Positions 44,801 through 59,570 of a stretch of 64,000 nucleotides of DNA are shown piece by piece. Under the pieces are notes generated by a model, which made no database searches, was not told the origin of the DNA, and saw nothing but the letters and a program-made list of their open reading frames with translations. This stretch comes from the human T2T-CHM13v2.0 reference genome, Homo sapiens, in assembly GCF_009914755.1 (NCBI RefSeq), contig NC_060933.1, one strand, 5' to 3'. A program made the position numbers and the translations under genes. The stretch's first letter is position 1. Every line of letters starts with the position of its first letter.

Positions 44801-47800
44801 TGGAATAGAACGGCATGGAATTAACCCGAATAGAATGGAATGCAATAGAATGGAATGCAACGGAACCGAATGGAGTGGAATGGAATGGAATATAATCAAC
44901 CCGAGTACAGGGGAATGGAATGGAATGGAATGCAATGGAATGGAGTCATCCATAATGGAATGGAAAGAATGGAATGGAATGGAATGGTATGGAATGGAAT
45001 GGAATGGAATCAACTCGATGGCAATCGAATGGAATGCAATGGAATTAACCCGAATAGAATGGAATGGAATGGAATGGAACGGAACGGAATGGAATGGAAT
45101 GGAATGGAACGGAACGGAATGGAATGGAATGGAATGGAATGGAATCAACGCGAGTGCAGGGGAATGGAATGGAATGGAATGGAATGGAATAAACCCGAGT
45201 GCAATGGAATGGAGTGGAATGGAATGGAGTGGAATGGAACAGCCCGAATGGAATGGAATGGAATGGAGAGTAAGGGAGTTGAATAGAATCAATCCGAATG
45301 TAATAGAATGGAATGAAACGGAATGGAATGGAATGGAATGGAATGGAATGCAATGGAATGGAATCAACCCGAGTGCAATCGAATGGAATCGAATGGAATG
45401 GAATGCAATGGAATGGATTCAACTTGAATGGAATGGAAAGAATGGAATCAACACGAGTGGAAGGGCATGGATTGGAATGCAATGGAATGGAATCAACCCG
45501 AGTACAGGGGAATGGAATGGAATGGAATGCAATGGAATGGAATCATCCGTAATGGAATGGAAAGGAATGGAATGGAATGGAATGGAATGGAATGGAATGG
45601 AATGGAATGGAATCAACACGATTGCCATCGAATGGAATGGAATGGAATTAACCCGAATAGAATGGAATGGAATGGAATGGAACGGAACGGAATGGAATGG
45701 AATAGAATCAACCCGAGTGCAGGGGAATGGAATGGAATGGAATGCAATGGAATGGAATGGAATGGAATGGAATCGTTCCGAGTGGAATAGGATGGAATGT
45801 ATTCGAGTGGAATGGAAAGGAATGGAATCAACCAGAGTGGAATGGAAGGGAATGGAATGGAATGGAATCTAATAGAATGGAATCAACCCGAGTGGAATGG
45901 AATGGAAAGGACTGGAATGGAATGGAATGGAATGGAATGGAAGGGAATCAACTCGATTGTAATGGAATGGAATGGAATGGAATGGAATGGAATGGAATGG
46001 AATGGAATTAACCCGAATACAATGGAATGGAATGGAATGGAACGGAATGGAGTGGAATGGAATGGAATCAACCCGAGTGCAGGGGAAAGGAATGGAATGG
46101 AATGCAATGGAATGGAATCATCCAGAATGGAATGGAATGGAATGGAATGCAAAGCAATGGAATCAACTCGATTGCAATGGAATGGAATGGAATGGAAAGG
46201 AATACAATGGAATCAACCCGAGTGTAATGGAATGGAAAGGACTGGAATAGAGTGGAATGGAATGGAATGGAAAGGAATGGAATCAACTCGATTGTAATGG
46301 AATGGAATGGAATGGAATGGAATTAACCCGAATAGAATGGAATGGAATGGAATGGAACGGAATGGAATGGAATGGAATGGAATGGAATGGAATGGAATCA
46401 ACCCGACTGCAGGGGAATGGAATGGAATGGAATGGAATGGAATGGAATGGAATCATCCGGAACGGAATGGAATGGAATGGAATGGAATCAACTCGATTGC
46501 AATGGAATGGAATGGAATGGAATGGAATCGAATGGAATGGAGTGGAATTAACAGGAAGAGAATGGAATGGAATGGAATGGAACGGAATGAAATGGAAGGG
46601 AAAGCAATGGAATGGAATGGAATCAACCCGAGTGCAGGGGAATGGAATGGAATGGAATGCAATGGAATGGAATCATCCGGAATGGAATGGAATGGAATGG
46701 AATGCAATCAACCTGATGCAATGGAATGGAATGGAATGGAATGGAATGGAATGGAAACATCCCGAATGGAATGGAATGTAATGGAGTGTAAGGGAATTGA
46801 ATAGAATCAATCCGAATGTAATGTAATGGAATGGAATGAAATGGAATGGAATGGAATGGAATGGAATGGAATCAACCCGAGTGCAATGGAATGGATTCGA
46901 ATGGAATGGAATGGAATGGAATGGATTCAACAAGAATGGAATGGAAAGGAATGGAATCAACCCGAGTGTAATGGCATGGAATGGAACGGAATGGAATGGG
47001 ATGGAATGGAATGGAATGCAATGGAATGGAATCAACCCGAGTGCAATGGAATGGAGAGGAATGCAATGGAATGGAATGGAAACTACCCGAATGGAATGGA
47101 ATGTAATGGAGTGTAAGTGAATTGAATAGAATCAATCCGAATGTAATGGAATGGAATGGAACGGAATGGAATGGAATGGAGTGGAATGGAATGGAATGGA
47201 ATGGAATGCAATGGAATGGAATCAACCCGAGTGCAATCGAATGGAACCGAATGGAATGGAATGCAATGGAATGGATTCAACTTGAATGGAATAGAAAGAA
47301 TGGAATCAACACGAGTGGAATGGCATGGATTGGAATGGAATGGAATGGAATCAACCCGAGTACAGGGGAATGGAATGGAATGGAATGCAATGGAATGGAA
47401 TCATCCGTAATGGAATGGAAAGGAATGGAATGGAATGGAATGGAATGGAATGGAATGGAATGGAATCAACTCGATTGCAATCGAATGGAATGGAATGGAA
47501 TCAACCCGAATACAATGGAATGGAATGGAATGGAACGGAACGGAATGGAATGGAATGGAATGGAATGGAATGGAACGGAAAGGAAGGGAATGGAATGGAA
47601 TAGAATGGAATGGAATGGAATCAACGCGAGTGCAGGATAACGGAATGGAATGCAATGCAATGGAATGGAATCTTCCGGAATGGAATGGAATGGAATGGAA
47701 TGGAATGGAATGGAATGGAATGGAATCAACCCTAGTGCAATGGAATGGAGTGGAATGGAATGGAATGGAATGGAACAACCCGAATGGAATGGAATGTAAT

Positions 47801-50800
47801 GGAGAGTAAGGGAGTTGAATAGAATCAATCCGAATGTAATGGAATGGAATGGAACGGAATGGAATTGAATGGAATGGAATGGAATGCAATGGAATGGAAT
47901 CAACCCGAGTGCAATGGAATGGAGAGGAATGGAAAGGAATGGAATGGAAACTACCCGAATGGAATGGAATGTAATGGAGTGTAAGGGAATTGAATAGAAT
48001 CAATCCGAATGTAATGGAATGGAATGGAACAGAATGGAATGGAATGGAATGGAATGGAATGGAATGGAATGGAATGGAATACAATGGAATGGAATCAACC
48101 CGAGTGCAATCGAATGGAATCGAATGGAATGGAATGCAATGGAATGGATTCAACTTGAATGGAATGGAAAGAATGGAATCAACACGAGTGGAATGGCATG
48201 GATTGGAATGGAATGGAATGGAATCAACCCGAGTACAGGGGAATGGAATGGAATGGAATGCAATGGAATGGAATCATCCGTAATGGAATGGAAAGGAATG
48301 GAATTGAATGGAATGGAATGGAATGGAATGGAAAGGAATGGAATCAACTCGATTGCAATCGAATGGAATGGAATGGAATTAACCCGAATAGAATGGAATG
48401 GAATGGAATGGAACGGAACGGAATAGAATGGAATGGAATGGAACGGAACGGAATGGAATGGTATGGAATGGAATGGAATCAACGCGAGTGCAGGGGAATG
48501 GAATGGAATGGAATGCAATGGAATGGAAACTTCCGGAATGGAATGGAATGGAATGAAATGCAATGGATTCAACTCGATTGCAATGGAATGGAATAGAATG
48601 GAATGGAATGGAATTAATCCGAATAGGATGGAATGGAATGGAATAGAACGGAATGGAACGGAATGGAATGGAATGGAATGGAATGGAATGGTATGGAATG
48701 GAATGGAATGGTACGGAATAGAATTGAATGGAACGAAATGTAATGGAATGGAATTGAATGGAATGGAATGGAATGGAATGGAATCAACGCGAGTGCAGGG
48801 GAATGTAACGGAACGGAATGCAATGGAATGGAATCATGCGGAATGGAATGGAATGGAATGGAATGGAATGGAATAAACCCGAGTGCAATGGAATGGAGTG
48901 GAATGGAATGGAATGGAATGGAACAACCCGAATGGAATGGAATGTAATGGAGAGTAAGGGAGTTGAATAGAATCAATCCGAATGTAATGGAATGGAATGC
49001 AACGGAATGGAATGTAATGGAATGGAATGGAATGCAATGGAATGGAATCAACCCGAGTACAATGGAATGGAATGGAATGGAATGGAATGGAATGGAATGG
49101 AATGGAATGGAATGATACGGAATAGAATGGAATGGAACGAAATGGAATGGAATGGAATGGAATGGAATGGAAAGGAATGGAATCGTTCCGAGTGGAATAG
49201 GAGGGAATGTATTCGAGTGGAATGGAAAGGAATGGAATCAACCAGAGTGGAATGGAATGGAATGGAAACTAATAGAATGGAATCAACCCGAGTGGAATAG
49301 AATGGAAAGGACTGGAATGGAATGGAATGGAATGGAATCAACTCGTTTGTAATGGAATGGAATGGAATGGAATGGAATGGAATGGAATGGAATGGAATTA
49401 ACCCGAATACAATGGAAGAGAATGGAATGGAATGGAAAATAATAGAATGGAATCAACCCGAGTGGAACGGAATGGAAAGGACTGGAATGGAATGGAATGG
49501 AATGGAATCAACTCGATTGTAATGGAATGGAATGGAATGGAATGGAATGGAATGGAATTAACCCGAATACAATGGAATGGAATGGAATGGAATGGAATGG
49601 AGTGGAATGGAATGGAATCAACCCGAGTGCAGGGGAATGGAATGGAATGGAATGCAATGGAATGGAATCATCCGGAATGGAATGGAATGGAATGGAATGC
49701 AAAACAATGGAATCATCTCGATTACAATGGAATGGAATGGAATAGAATGGAATGGAATTAACACGAATAGAATGGAATGGAATGGAATTGAATGGAACAG
49801 AAAGAATGGAATGGAATGGAGTGGAATCAACCCAAGTGCAGGGGAATGGAATGGAATGGAATTCAATGGAATGGAGTCATCCGGAATGGAATGGAATGGA
49901 ATGGAATGGAATGGAATGGAATGGAATGGAATCAACCCGAGTGCAATGGAATGGAGAGGAATGGAATGGAATGGAATGGAAACTACAAGAATCGAATCGA
50001 TTGTAATGGAGTGTAAGGGAATTGAATAGAATGAATCCGAATGGAATGGAATGGAAAGGAATGGAATGGAATGGAATGGAATGGAATGGAATGCAATGCC
50101 ATGGAATCAACCCGAGTGCAATCGAATGGAATCGAATGGAATGGAATGCAATGGAATGGATTCAACTTGAATGGAATGGAAAGAATGGAATCAACACGAG
50201 TGGAATGGCTTGGATTGGAATGGAATGGAATGGAATCAACCCGAGTACAGGGGAATGGAATGGAATGGAATGAAATGGAATGGAATCATCCGTAATGTAA
50301 TGGAAAGGAATGGAATGGAATGGAATGGAATGGAATCAACTCTATTGCAAACGAATGGAATGGAATGGAATTAACCCGAATAGAATAAAATGGAATGGAA
50401 TGGAATGGAAAGGAGCGGAACGGAATGGAATGGAATGGAATGGAATGCAATGGAATGGAATGGAATGGAATGGAATGCAATGGAATCAACTGATTGCAAT
50501 GGAATGGAATGGAATGGAATGGAATGGAATGGAATGGAATTAACCCGAATAGAATGGAATGGAATTAAATGGAACGGAACGGAATGGAATGGAATGGAAT
50601 GGAATGGAATGGAATGGAATGGAATGGAATCAACCCGACTGCAGGGGAATGGAATGGAATGGAATGCAATGGAATGGATTCAACTTGAATGGAATGGAAT
50701 GAATGGAATCAACACGAGTGGAATGGCATGGATTGGAATGGAATGGAATGGAATCAACCCGAGTACAGGGGAATGGAATGGAATGGAATGCAATGGAATG

Positions 50801-51029
50801 GAATCATCCGTAATGGAATGGAAAGGAATGGAATGGAATGGAGTGGAATGGAATGGGATGGAATCAACTCGATTGCAATCGAATGGAATGGAATGGAATT
50901 AACCCGAATAGAATGGAATGGAATGGAATGGAACGGAACGGAACGGAACGGAATGGAATGGAATGGAATGGAATGGAACGGAAAGGAATGGAATGGAACG
51001 GAATGGAATGGAATGGAATGGAATGGAAT

Positions 51030-54000
51030 CAACTCGATTGCAATCGAATGGAATGGAATGGAATTAACCCGAATAGAATGGAATGGAATGGAATGGAACG
51101 GAACGGAATGGAATGCAATGGAATGGAACGGAACGGAATGGAATGGAATGGAATGGAATGGAATCAACGCGAGTGCAGGGGAATGGAATGGAATGGAATG
51201 CAATGGAATGGAAACTTCCGGAATGGAATGGAATGGAATGCAATGGAATGGAATGAAATGCAATGGATTCAACTCGATTGCAATGGAATGGAATAGAATG
51301 GAATGAAATGGAATGGAATGCAATTAATCCGAATAGAATGGAATGGAATGGAATGGAACGGAATGGAACGGAATGGAGTGAAATGGAATGGAATGGAATG
51401 GTATGGAATGGAATGGAATGGAATGGAATGGTATGGAATGGAATGGAATGGTACAGAATAGAATGGAATGGAACGAATTGTAATGGAATGGAATTGAATG
51501 GAATGGAATGGAATGGAATGGAATGGAATGGAATCAACGCGAGGGCAGGGGAATGTAATGGAACGGAATGCAATGGAATGGAATCATACGGAATGGAATG
51601 GAATGGAATGGAATGGAATGGAATGGAATGGAATCAACCCGAGTGCAATGGAATGGAGTGGAATGGAATGGAATGGAATGGAACAACCCGAATGGAATGG
51701 AATGTAATGGAGAGTAAGGGAGTTGAATAGAATCAATCCGAATGTAATGGAATGGAATGCAACGGAATGGAATGGAATGGAATGGAATGGAATGCAATGG
51801 AATGGAATCAACCCGAGTAAAATGGAATGGAATGGAATGGAATGGAATGGAATGGAATGGAATGGAATGGAATGGAATGGAATGGAATGATACGGAATAG
51901 AATGGAATGGAACGAAATGGAATTGAATGGAAAGGAATGGAATGGAATGGAATGGAATGGAATGGAATGGAATCAACTCGATTGCAATCGAATGGAATGG
52001 AATGGAATTAACCCGAATAGAATGGAATGGAATGGAATGGAACGGAACGGAATGGAATGGAATGGAATGGAATGGAACGGAAAGGAAGGGAATGGAATGG
52101 AATAGAATGGAATGGAATGGAATCAACGCGAGTGCAGGGGAATGTAATGGAACGGAATGCAATGGAATGGAATCTTCCGGAATGGAATGGAATTTAATGG
52201 AATGGAATGGAATGGAATCAACCAGAGTGCAATGGAATGGAGTGGAATGGAATGGAATGGAATGGAACAACCCGAATGGAATGGAATGTAATGGAGAGTA
52301 AGGGAGTTGAATAGAATCAATCCGAATGTAATGGAATGGAATGGAACGGAATGGAATGGAATGGAATGGAATGGAATGCAATGGAATGGAATCAACCCGA
52401 GTTCAATGAAATGGAGAGGAATGGAATGGAATGGAATGGAAACTACCCGAATGGAATGGAATGTAATGGAGTGTAAGGGAATTGAATAGAATCAATCCGA
52501 ATGTAATGGAATGGAATGGAACGGAATGGAATGGAATGGAATGGAATGGAATGGAATGCAATGGAATGGAATCAACCCGAGTGCAATCAAATGGAATCAA
52601 ATGGAATGGAATGCAATGGAATGGATTCAACTTGAATGGAATGGAAAGAATGGAATCAACACGAGTGGAATGACATGGATTGGAATGAAATGGAATGGAA
52701 TCAACCCGAGTACAGGGGAATGGAATGGAATGGAATGCAATGGAATGGAATCATCTGTAATGGAATGGAAAGGAACGGAATGGAATGGAATGGAATGGAA
52801 TGGAATGGAATGGAATCAACTCGATTGCAATCGAATGGAATGGAATGGAATTAACCCGAATAGAATGGAATGGAATGGAATGGAACGGAACGGAATGGAA
52901 TGGAATGGAATGGAATGGAACGGAAAGGAAAGGAATGGAATGGAATAGAATTGAATGGAATGGAATCAACGCGAGTGCAGGGGAATGTAATGGAACGGAA
53001 TGCAATGGAATGGAATCTTCCGGAATGGAATGGAATGGAATGGAATGGAATGGAATGGAATCAACCCGAGTGCAATGGAATGGAGTGGAATGGAATGGAA
53101 TGGAATGGAACAACCCGAATGGAATGGAATGTAATGGAGAGTAAGGGAGTTGAATAGAATCTATCCGAATGTAATGGAATGGAATGGAACGGAATGGAAT
53201 TGAATGGAATGGAATGGAATGCAATGGAATGGAATCAACCCGAGTGCAATGGAATGGAGAGGAATGGAATGGAATGGAATGGAAACTACCCGAATGGAAT
53301 GGAATGTAATGGAGTGTAAGGGAATTGAATAGAATCAATCCGAATGGAATGGAATGGAATGGAACGGAATGGAATTGAATGGTATGGAATGGAATGCAAT
53401 GGAATGGAATGCAATGGAATGGAATCAACCCGAGTGCAATCGAATGGAATCGAATGGAATGGAATGCAATGGAATGGAATCAACTTGAATGGAATGGAAA
53501 GAATGGAATCAACACGAGTGGAATGGCATGGATTGGAATGGAATGGAATGGAATCAACCCGAGTACAGGGGAATGGAATGGAATGGAATGCAATGGAATG
53601 GAATCATCCGTAATGGAATGGAAAGTAATGGAATGGAATGGAATGGAATGGAATGGAATGGAATGGAATGGAATGGAATGGAATCAAGTCGATTGCAATC
53701 GAATGGAATGGAATGGAATTAACCCGAATAGAATGGAATGGAATGGAATGGAACGGAACGGAATGGAATGCAATGGAATGGAACGGAACGGAATGGAATG
53801 GCATGGAATGGAATGGAATCAACGCGAGTGCAGGGGAATGGAATGGAATGGAATGCAATGGAATGGAAACTTCCGGAATGGAATGGAATGGAATGGAATG
53901 GAATGAAATGCAATGGATTCAACTCGATTGCAATGGAATGGAATAGAATGGAATGAAATGGAATGGAATGCAATTAATCCGAATAGAGTGGAATGGAATG

Positions 54001-57000
54001 GAATGGAACGGAATGGAACGGAATGGAATGGAATGGAATGGAATGGAATGGTATGGAATGGAATGGAATGGAATGGAATGGTATGGAATGGAATGGAATG
54101 GTACGGAATAGAATGGAATGGAACGAATTGTAATGGAATGGAATTGAATGGAATGGAATGGAATGGAATGGAATGGAATCAACGCGAGTGCAGGGGAATG
54201 TAATGGAACGGAATGCAATGGAATGGAATCATCCGGAATGGAATGGAATGAAATGGAATGGAATGGAATGGAATGGAATGGAATCAACCCGAGTGCAATG
54301 GAATGGAGTGGAATGGAATGGAATGGAATGGAACAACCCGAATGGAATGGAATGTAATGGAGAGTAAGGGAGTTGAATAGAATCAATCCGAATGTAATGG
54401 AATGGAATGCAACGGAATGGAATGGAATGGAATGGAATGGAATGCAATGGAATGGAATCAACCCGAGTACAATGGAATGGAATGGAATGGAATGGAATGG
54501 AATGGAATGGAATGGAATGGAATGATACGGAATAGAATGGAATGGAACGAAATGGAATTGAATGGAAAGGAATTGAATGGAATGGAATGGAATCGTTCCG
54601 ACTGGAATAGAAGGGAAAGTATTCGAGAGGAATGGAAAGGAATGGAATCAAACAGAGTGGAATGGAAGGGAATGGAATGGAATGGAAACTAATAGAATGG
54701 AATCAACCCGAGTGGAATGGAATGGAAAGGACTGGAATGGAATGGAATGGAATGGAATCAACTCGTTTGTAATGGAATGGAATGGAATGGAATGGAATGG
54801 AATGGAATGGAATGGAATGGAATTAACCCGAATACAATGGAAGGGAATGGAATGGAATGGAAACTAATAGAATGGAATCAACCCGAGTGGAATGGAATGG
54901 AAAGGACTGGAATGGAATGGAATGGAATGGAATCAACTCGATTGTAATGGAATGGAATGGAATGGAATGGAATGGAATGGAATGGAATTAACCCGAATAC
55001 AATGGAATGGAATGGAATGGAATGGAATGGAGTGGAATGGAATGGAATCAACTCGATTGTAATGGAATGGAATGGAATGGAATGGAATGGAATGGAATGG
55101 AATTAACCCGAATACAATTGAATGGAATGGAATGGAATGGAATGGAGTGGAATGGAATTGAATGGAATGGAATGGAATGCAATGGAATGGAATCAACCCG
55201 AGTGCAATGGAATGGAGAGGAATGGAATGGAATGGAATGGAAACTACCCGAATGGAATGGAATGTAATGGAGTGTAAGGGAATTGAATAGAATCAATCCG
55301 AATGTAATGGAATGGAATGGAACGGAATGGAATGGAATGGAATGGAATGGAATGGAATGGAATGCAATGGAATGGAATCAACCCGAGTGCAATCGAATGG
55401 AATCGAATGGAATGGAATGCAATGGAATGGAATCAACTTGAATGGAATGGAAAGAATGGAATCAACACGAGTGGAATGGCATGGATTGGAATGGAATGGA
55501 ATGGAATCAACCCGAGTACAGGGGAATGGAATGGAATGGAATGCAATGGAATGGAATCATCCGTAATGGAATGGAAAGGAATGGAATGGAATGGAATGGA
55601 ATGGAATGGAATGGAATGGAATCAACTCGATTGCAATCGAATGGAATGGAATGGAATTAACCCGAATAGAATGGAATGGAATGGAATGGAACGGAACGGA
55701 ATGGAATGCAATGGAATGGAACGGAACGGAATGGAATGGAATGGAATGGAATGGAATCAACGCGAGTGCAGGGGAATGGAATGGAATGGAATGCAATGGA
55801 ATGGAAACTTCCGGAATGGAATGGAATGGAATGCAATGGAATGGAATGAAATGCAATGGATTCAACTCGATTGCAATGGAATGGAATAGAATGGAATGAA
55901 ATGGAATGGAATGCAATTAATCCGAATAGAATGGAATGGAATGGAATGGAACGGAATGGAACGGAATGGAGTGAAATGGAATGGAATGGAATGGTATGGA
56001 ATGGAATGGAATGGAATGGAATGGTATGGAATGGAATGGAATGGTACAGAATAGAATGGAATGGAACGAATTGTAATGGAATGGAATTGAATGGAATGGA
56101 ATGGAATGGAATGGAATGGAATCAACGCGAGGGCAGGGGAATGTAATGGAACGGAATGCAATGGAATGGAATCATCCGGAATGGAATGGAATGGAATGGA
56201 ATGGAATGGAATGGAATGGAATGGAATCAACCCGAGTGCAATGGAATGGAGTGGAATGGAATGGAATGGAATGGAACAACCCGAATGGAATGGAATGTAA
56301 TGGAGAGTAAGGGAGTTGAATAGAATCAATCCGAATGTAATGGAATGGAATGCAACGGAATGGAATGGAATGGAATGGAATGGAATGCAATGGAATGGAA
56401 TCAACCCGAGTAAAATGGAATGGAATGGAATGGAATGGAATGGAATGGAATGGAATGGAATGGAATGGAATGATACGGAATAGAATGGAATGGAACGAAA
56501 TGGAATTGAATGGAAAGGAATGGAATGGAATGGAATGGAATGGAATGGAATGGAATGGAATGGAATCAACTCGATTGCAATCGAATGGAATGGAATGGAA
56601 TTAACCCGAATAGAATGGAATGGAATGGAATGGAACGGAACGGAATGGAATGGAATGGAATGGAATGGAACGGAAAGGAAGGGAATGGAATGGAATAGAA
56701 TGGAATGGAATGGAATCAACGCGAGTGCAGGGGAATGTAATGGAACGGAATGCAATGGAATGGAATCTTCCGGAATGGAATGGAATGGAATGGAATGGAA
56801 TGGAATGGAATCAACCCGAGTGCAATGGAATGGAGTGGAATGGAATGGAATGGAATGGAACAACCCGAATGGAATGGAATGTAATGGAGAGTAAGGGAGT
56901 TGAATAGAATCTATCCGAATGTAATGGAATGGAATGGAACGGAATGGAATTGAATGGAATGGAATGGAATGCAATGGAATGGAATCAACCCGAGTGCAAT

Positions 57001-59570
57001 GGAATGGAGAGGAATGGAATGGAATGGAATGGAAACTACCCGAATGGAATGGAATGTAATGGAGTGTAAGGGAATTGAATAGAATCAATCCGAATGTAAT
57101 GGAATGGAATGGAACGGAATGGAATGGAATGGAATGGAATGGAATGGAATGGAATGCAATGGAATGGAATCAACCCGAGTGCAATCGAATGGAATCGAAT
57201 GGAATGGAATGCAATGGAATGGAATCAACTTGAATGGAATGGAAAGAATGGAATCAACACGAGTGGAATGGCATGGATTGGAATGGAATGGAATGGAATC
57301 AACCCGAGTACAGGGGAATGGAATGGAATGGAATGCAATGGAATGGAATCATCCGTAATGGAATGGAAAGTAATGGAATGGAATGGAATGGAATGGAATG
57401 GAATGGAATGGAATGGAATGGAATCAAGTCGATTGCAATCGAATGGAATGGAATGGAATTAACCCGAATAGAATGGAATGGAATGGAATGGAACGGAACG
57501 GAATGGAATGCAATGGAATGGAACGGAACGGAATGGAATGGCATGGAATGGAATGGAATCAACGCCAGTGCAGGGGAATGGAATGGAATGGAATGCAATG
57601 GAATGGAAACTTCCGGAATGGAATGGAATGGAATGGAATGGAATGAAATGCAATGGATTCAACTCGATTGCAATGGAATGGAATAGAATGGAATGAAATG
57701 GAATGGAATGCAATTAATCCGAATAGAATGGAATGGAATGGAATGGAACGGAATGGAACGGAATGGAATGGAATGGAATGGAATGGAATGGTATGGAATG
57801 GAATGGAATGGAATGGAATGGCATGGAATGGAATGGAATGGTACGGAATAGAATGGAATGGAACGAATTGTAATGGAATTTAATTGAATGGAATGGAATG
57901 GAATGGAATGGAATGGAATCAACGCGAGTGCAGGGGAATGTAATGGAACGGAATGCAATGGAATGGAATCATCCGGAATGGAATGGAATGGAATGGAATG
58001 GAATGGAATGGAATGGAATGGAATCAACCCGAGTGCAATGGAATGGAGTGGAATGGAATGGAATGGAATGGAACAACCCGAATGGAATGGAATGTAATGG
58101 AGAGTAAGGGAGTTGAATAGAATCAATCCGAATGTAATGGAATGGAATGCAACGGAATGGAATGGAATGGAATGGAATGGAATGCAATGGAATGGAATCA
58201 ACCCGAGTACAATGGAATGGAATGGAATGGAATGGAATGGAATGGAATGGAATGGAATGATACGGAATAGAATGGAATGGAACGAAATGGAATTGAATGG
58301 AAAGGAATGGAATGGAATGGAATGGAATCGTTCCGAGTGGAATAGGAGGGAAAATATTCGAGAGGAATGGAAAGGAATGGAATCAACCAGAGTGGAATGG
58401 AAGGGAATGGAATGGAATGGAAACTAATAGAATGGAATCAACCCGAGTGGAATGGAATGGAAAGGACTGGAATGGAATGGAATGGAATGGAATCAACTCG
58501 TTTGTAATGGATTGGAATGGAATGGAATGGAATGGAATGGAATTAACCCGAATACAATGGAAGGGAATGGAATGGAATGGAAACTAATAGAATGGAATCA
58601 ACCCGAGTGGAATGGAATGGAAAGGACTGGAATGGAATGGAATGGAATGGAATCAACTCGATTGTAATGGAATGGAATGGAATGGAATGGAATGGAATGG
58701 AATGGAATTAACCCGAATACAATGGAATGGAATGGAATGGAATGGAATGGAGTGGAATGGAATGGAATCAACTCGATTGTAATGGAATGGAATGGAATGG
58801 AATGGAATGGAATGGAATGGAATGGAATGGAATTAACCCGAATACAATGGAATGGAATGGAATGGAATGGAATGGAGTGGAATGGAATTGAATGGAATGG
58901 AATGGAATGCAATGGAATGGAATCAACCCGAGTGCAATGGAATGGAGAGGAATGGAATGGAATGGAGTGGAAACTACCCGAATGGAATGGAATGTAATGG
59001 AGTGTAAGGGAATTGAATAGAATCAATCCGAATGTAATGGAATGGAATGGAACGGAATGGAATGGAATGGAATGGAATGGAATGGAATGGAATGCAATGG
59101 AATGGAATCAACCCGAGTGCAATTGAATGGAATCGAATTGAATGGAATGCAATGGAATGGAATCAACTTGAATGGAATGGAAAGAATGGAATCAACACGA
59201 GTGGAATGGCATGGATTGGAATGGAATGGAATGGAATCAACCCTAGTACAGGGGAATGGAATGGAATGGAATGCAATGGAATGGAATCATCCGTAATGGA
59301 ATGGAAAGTAATGGAATAGAATGGAATGGAATGGAATGGAATGGAATGGAATGGAATCAACTCGATTGCAATCGAATGGAATGGAATGGAATTAACCCGA
59401 ATAGAATGGAATGGAATGGAATGGAACGGAACGGAATGGAATGCAATGGAATGGAACGGAACGGAATGGAATGGAATGGAATGGAATGGAATCAACGCGA
59501 GTGCAGGGGAATGGAATGGAATGGAATGCAATGGAATGGAAACTTCCGGAATGGAATGGAATGGAATGGA
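51030..59570 (+). repeat. ~3.74-kb tandem duplication; the first copy carries one extra ~0.85-kb S unit
   Basis: Offset ~4590 for CAACGCGAGGGC (51535/56123) and CCCGAGTAAAAT (51809/56402), then 3750/3740/3730 for CTATCCG (53161/56911), CAAGTCG (53685/57425) and ORFs 55312/59042. Confidence 0.88.
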
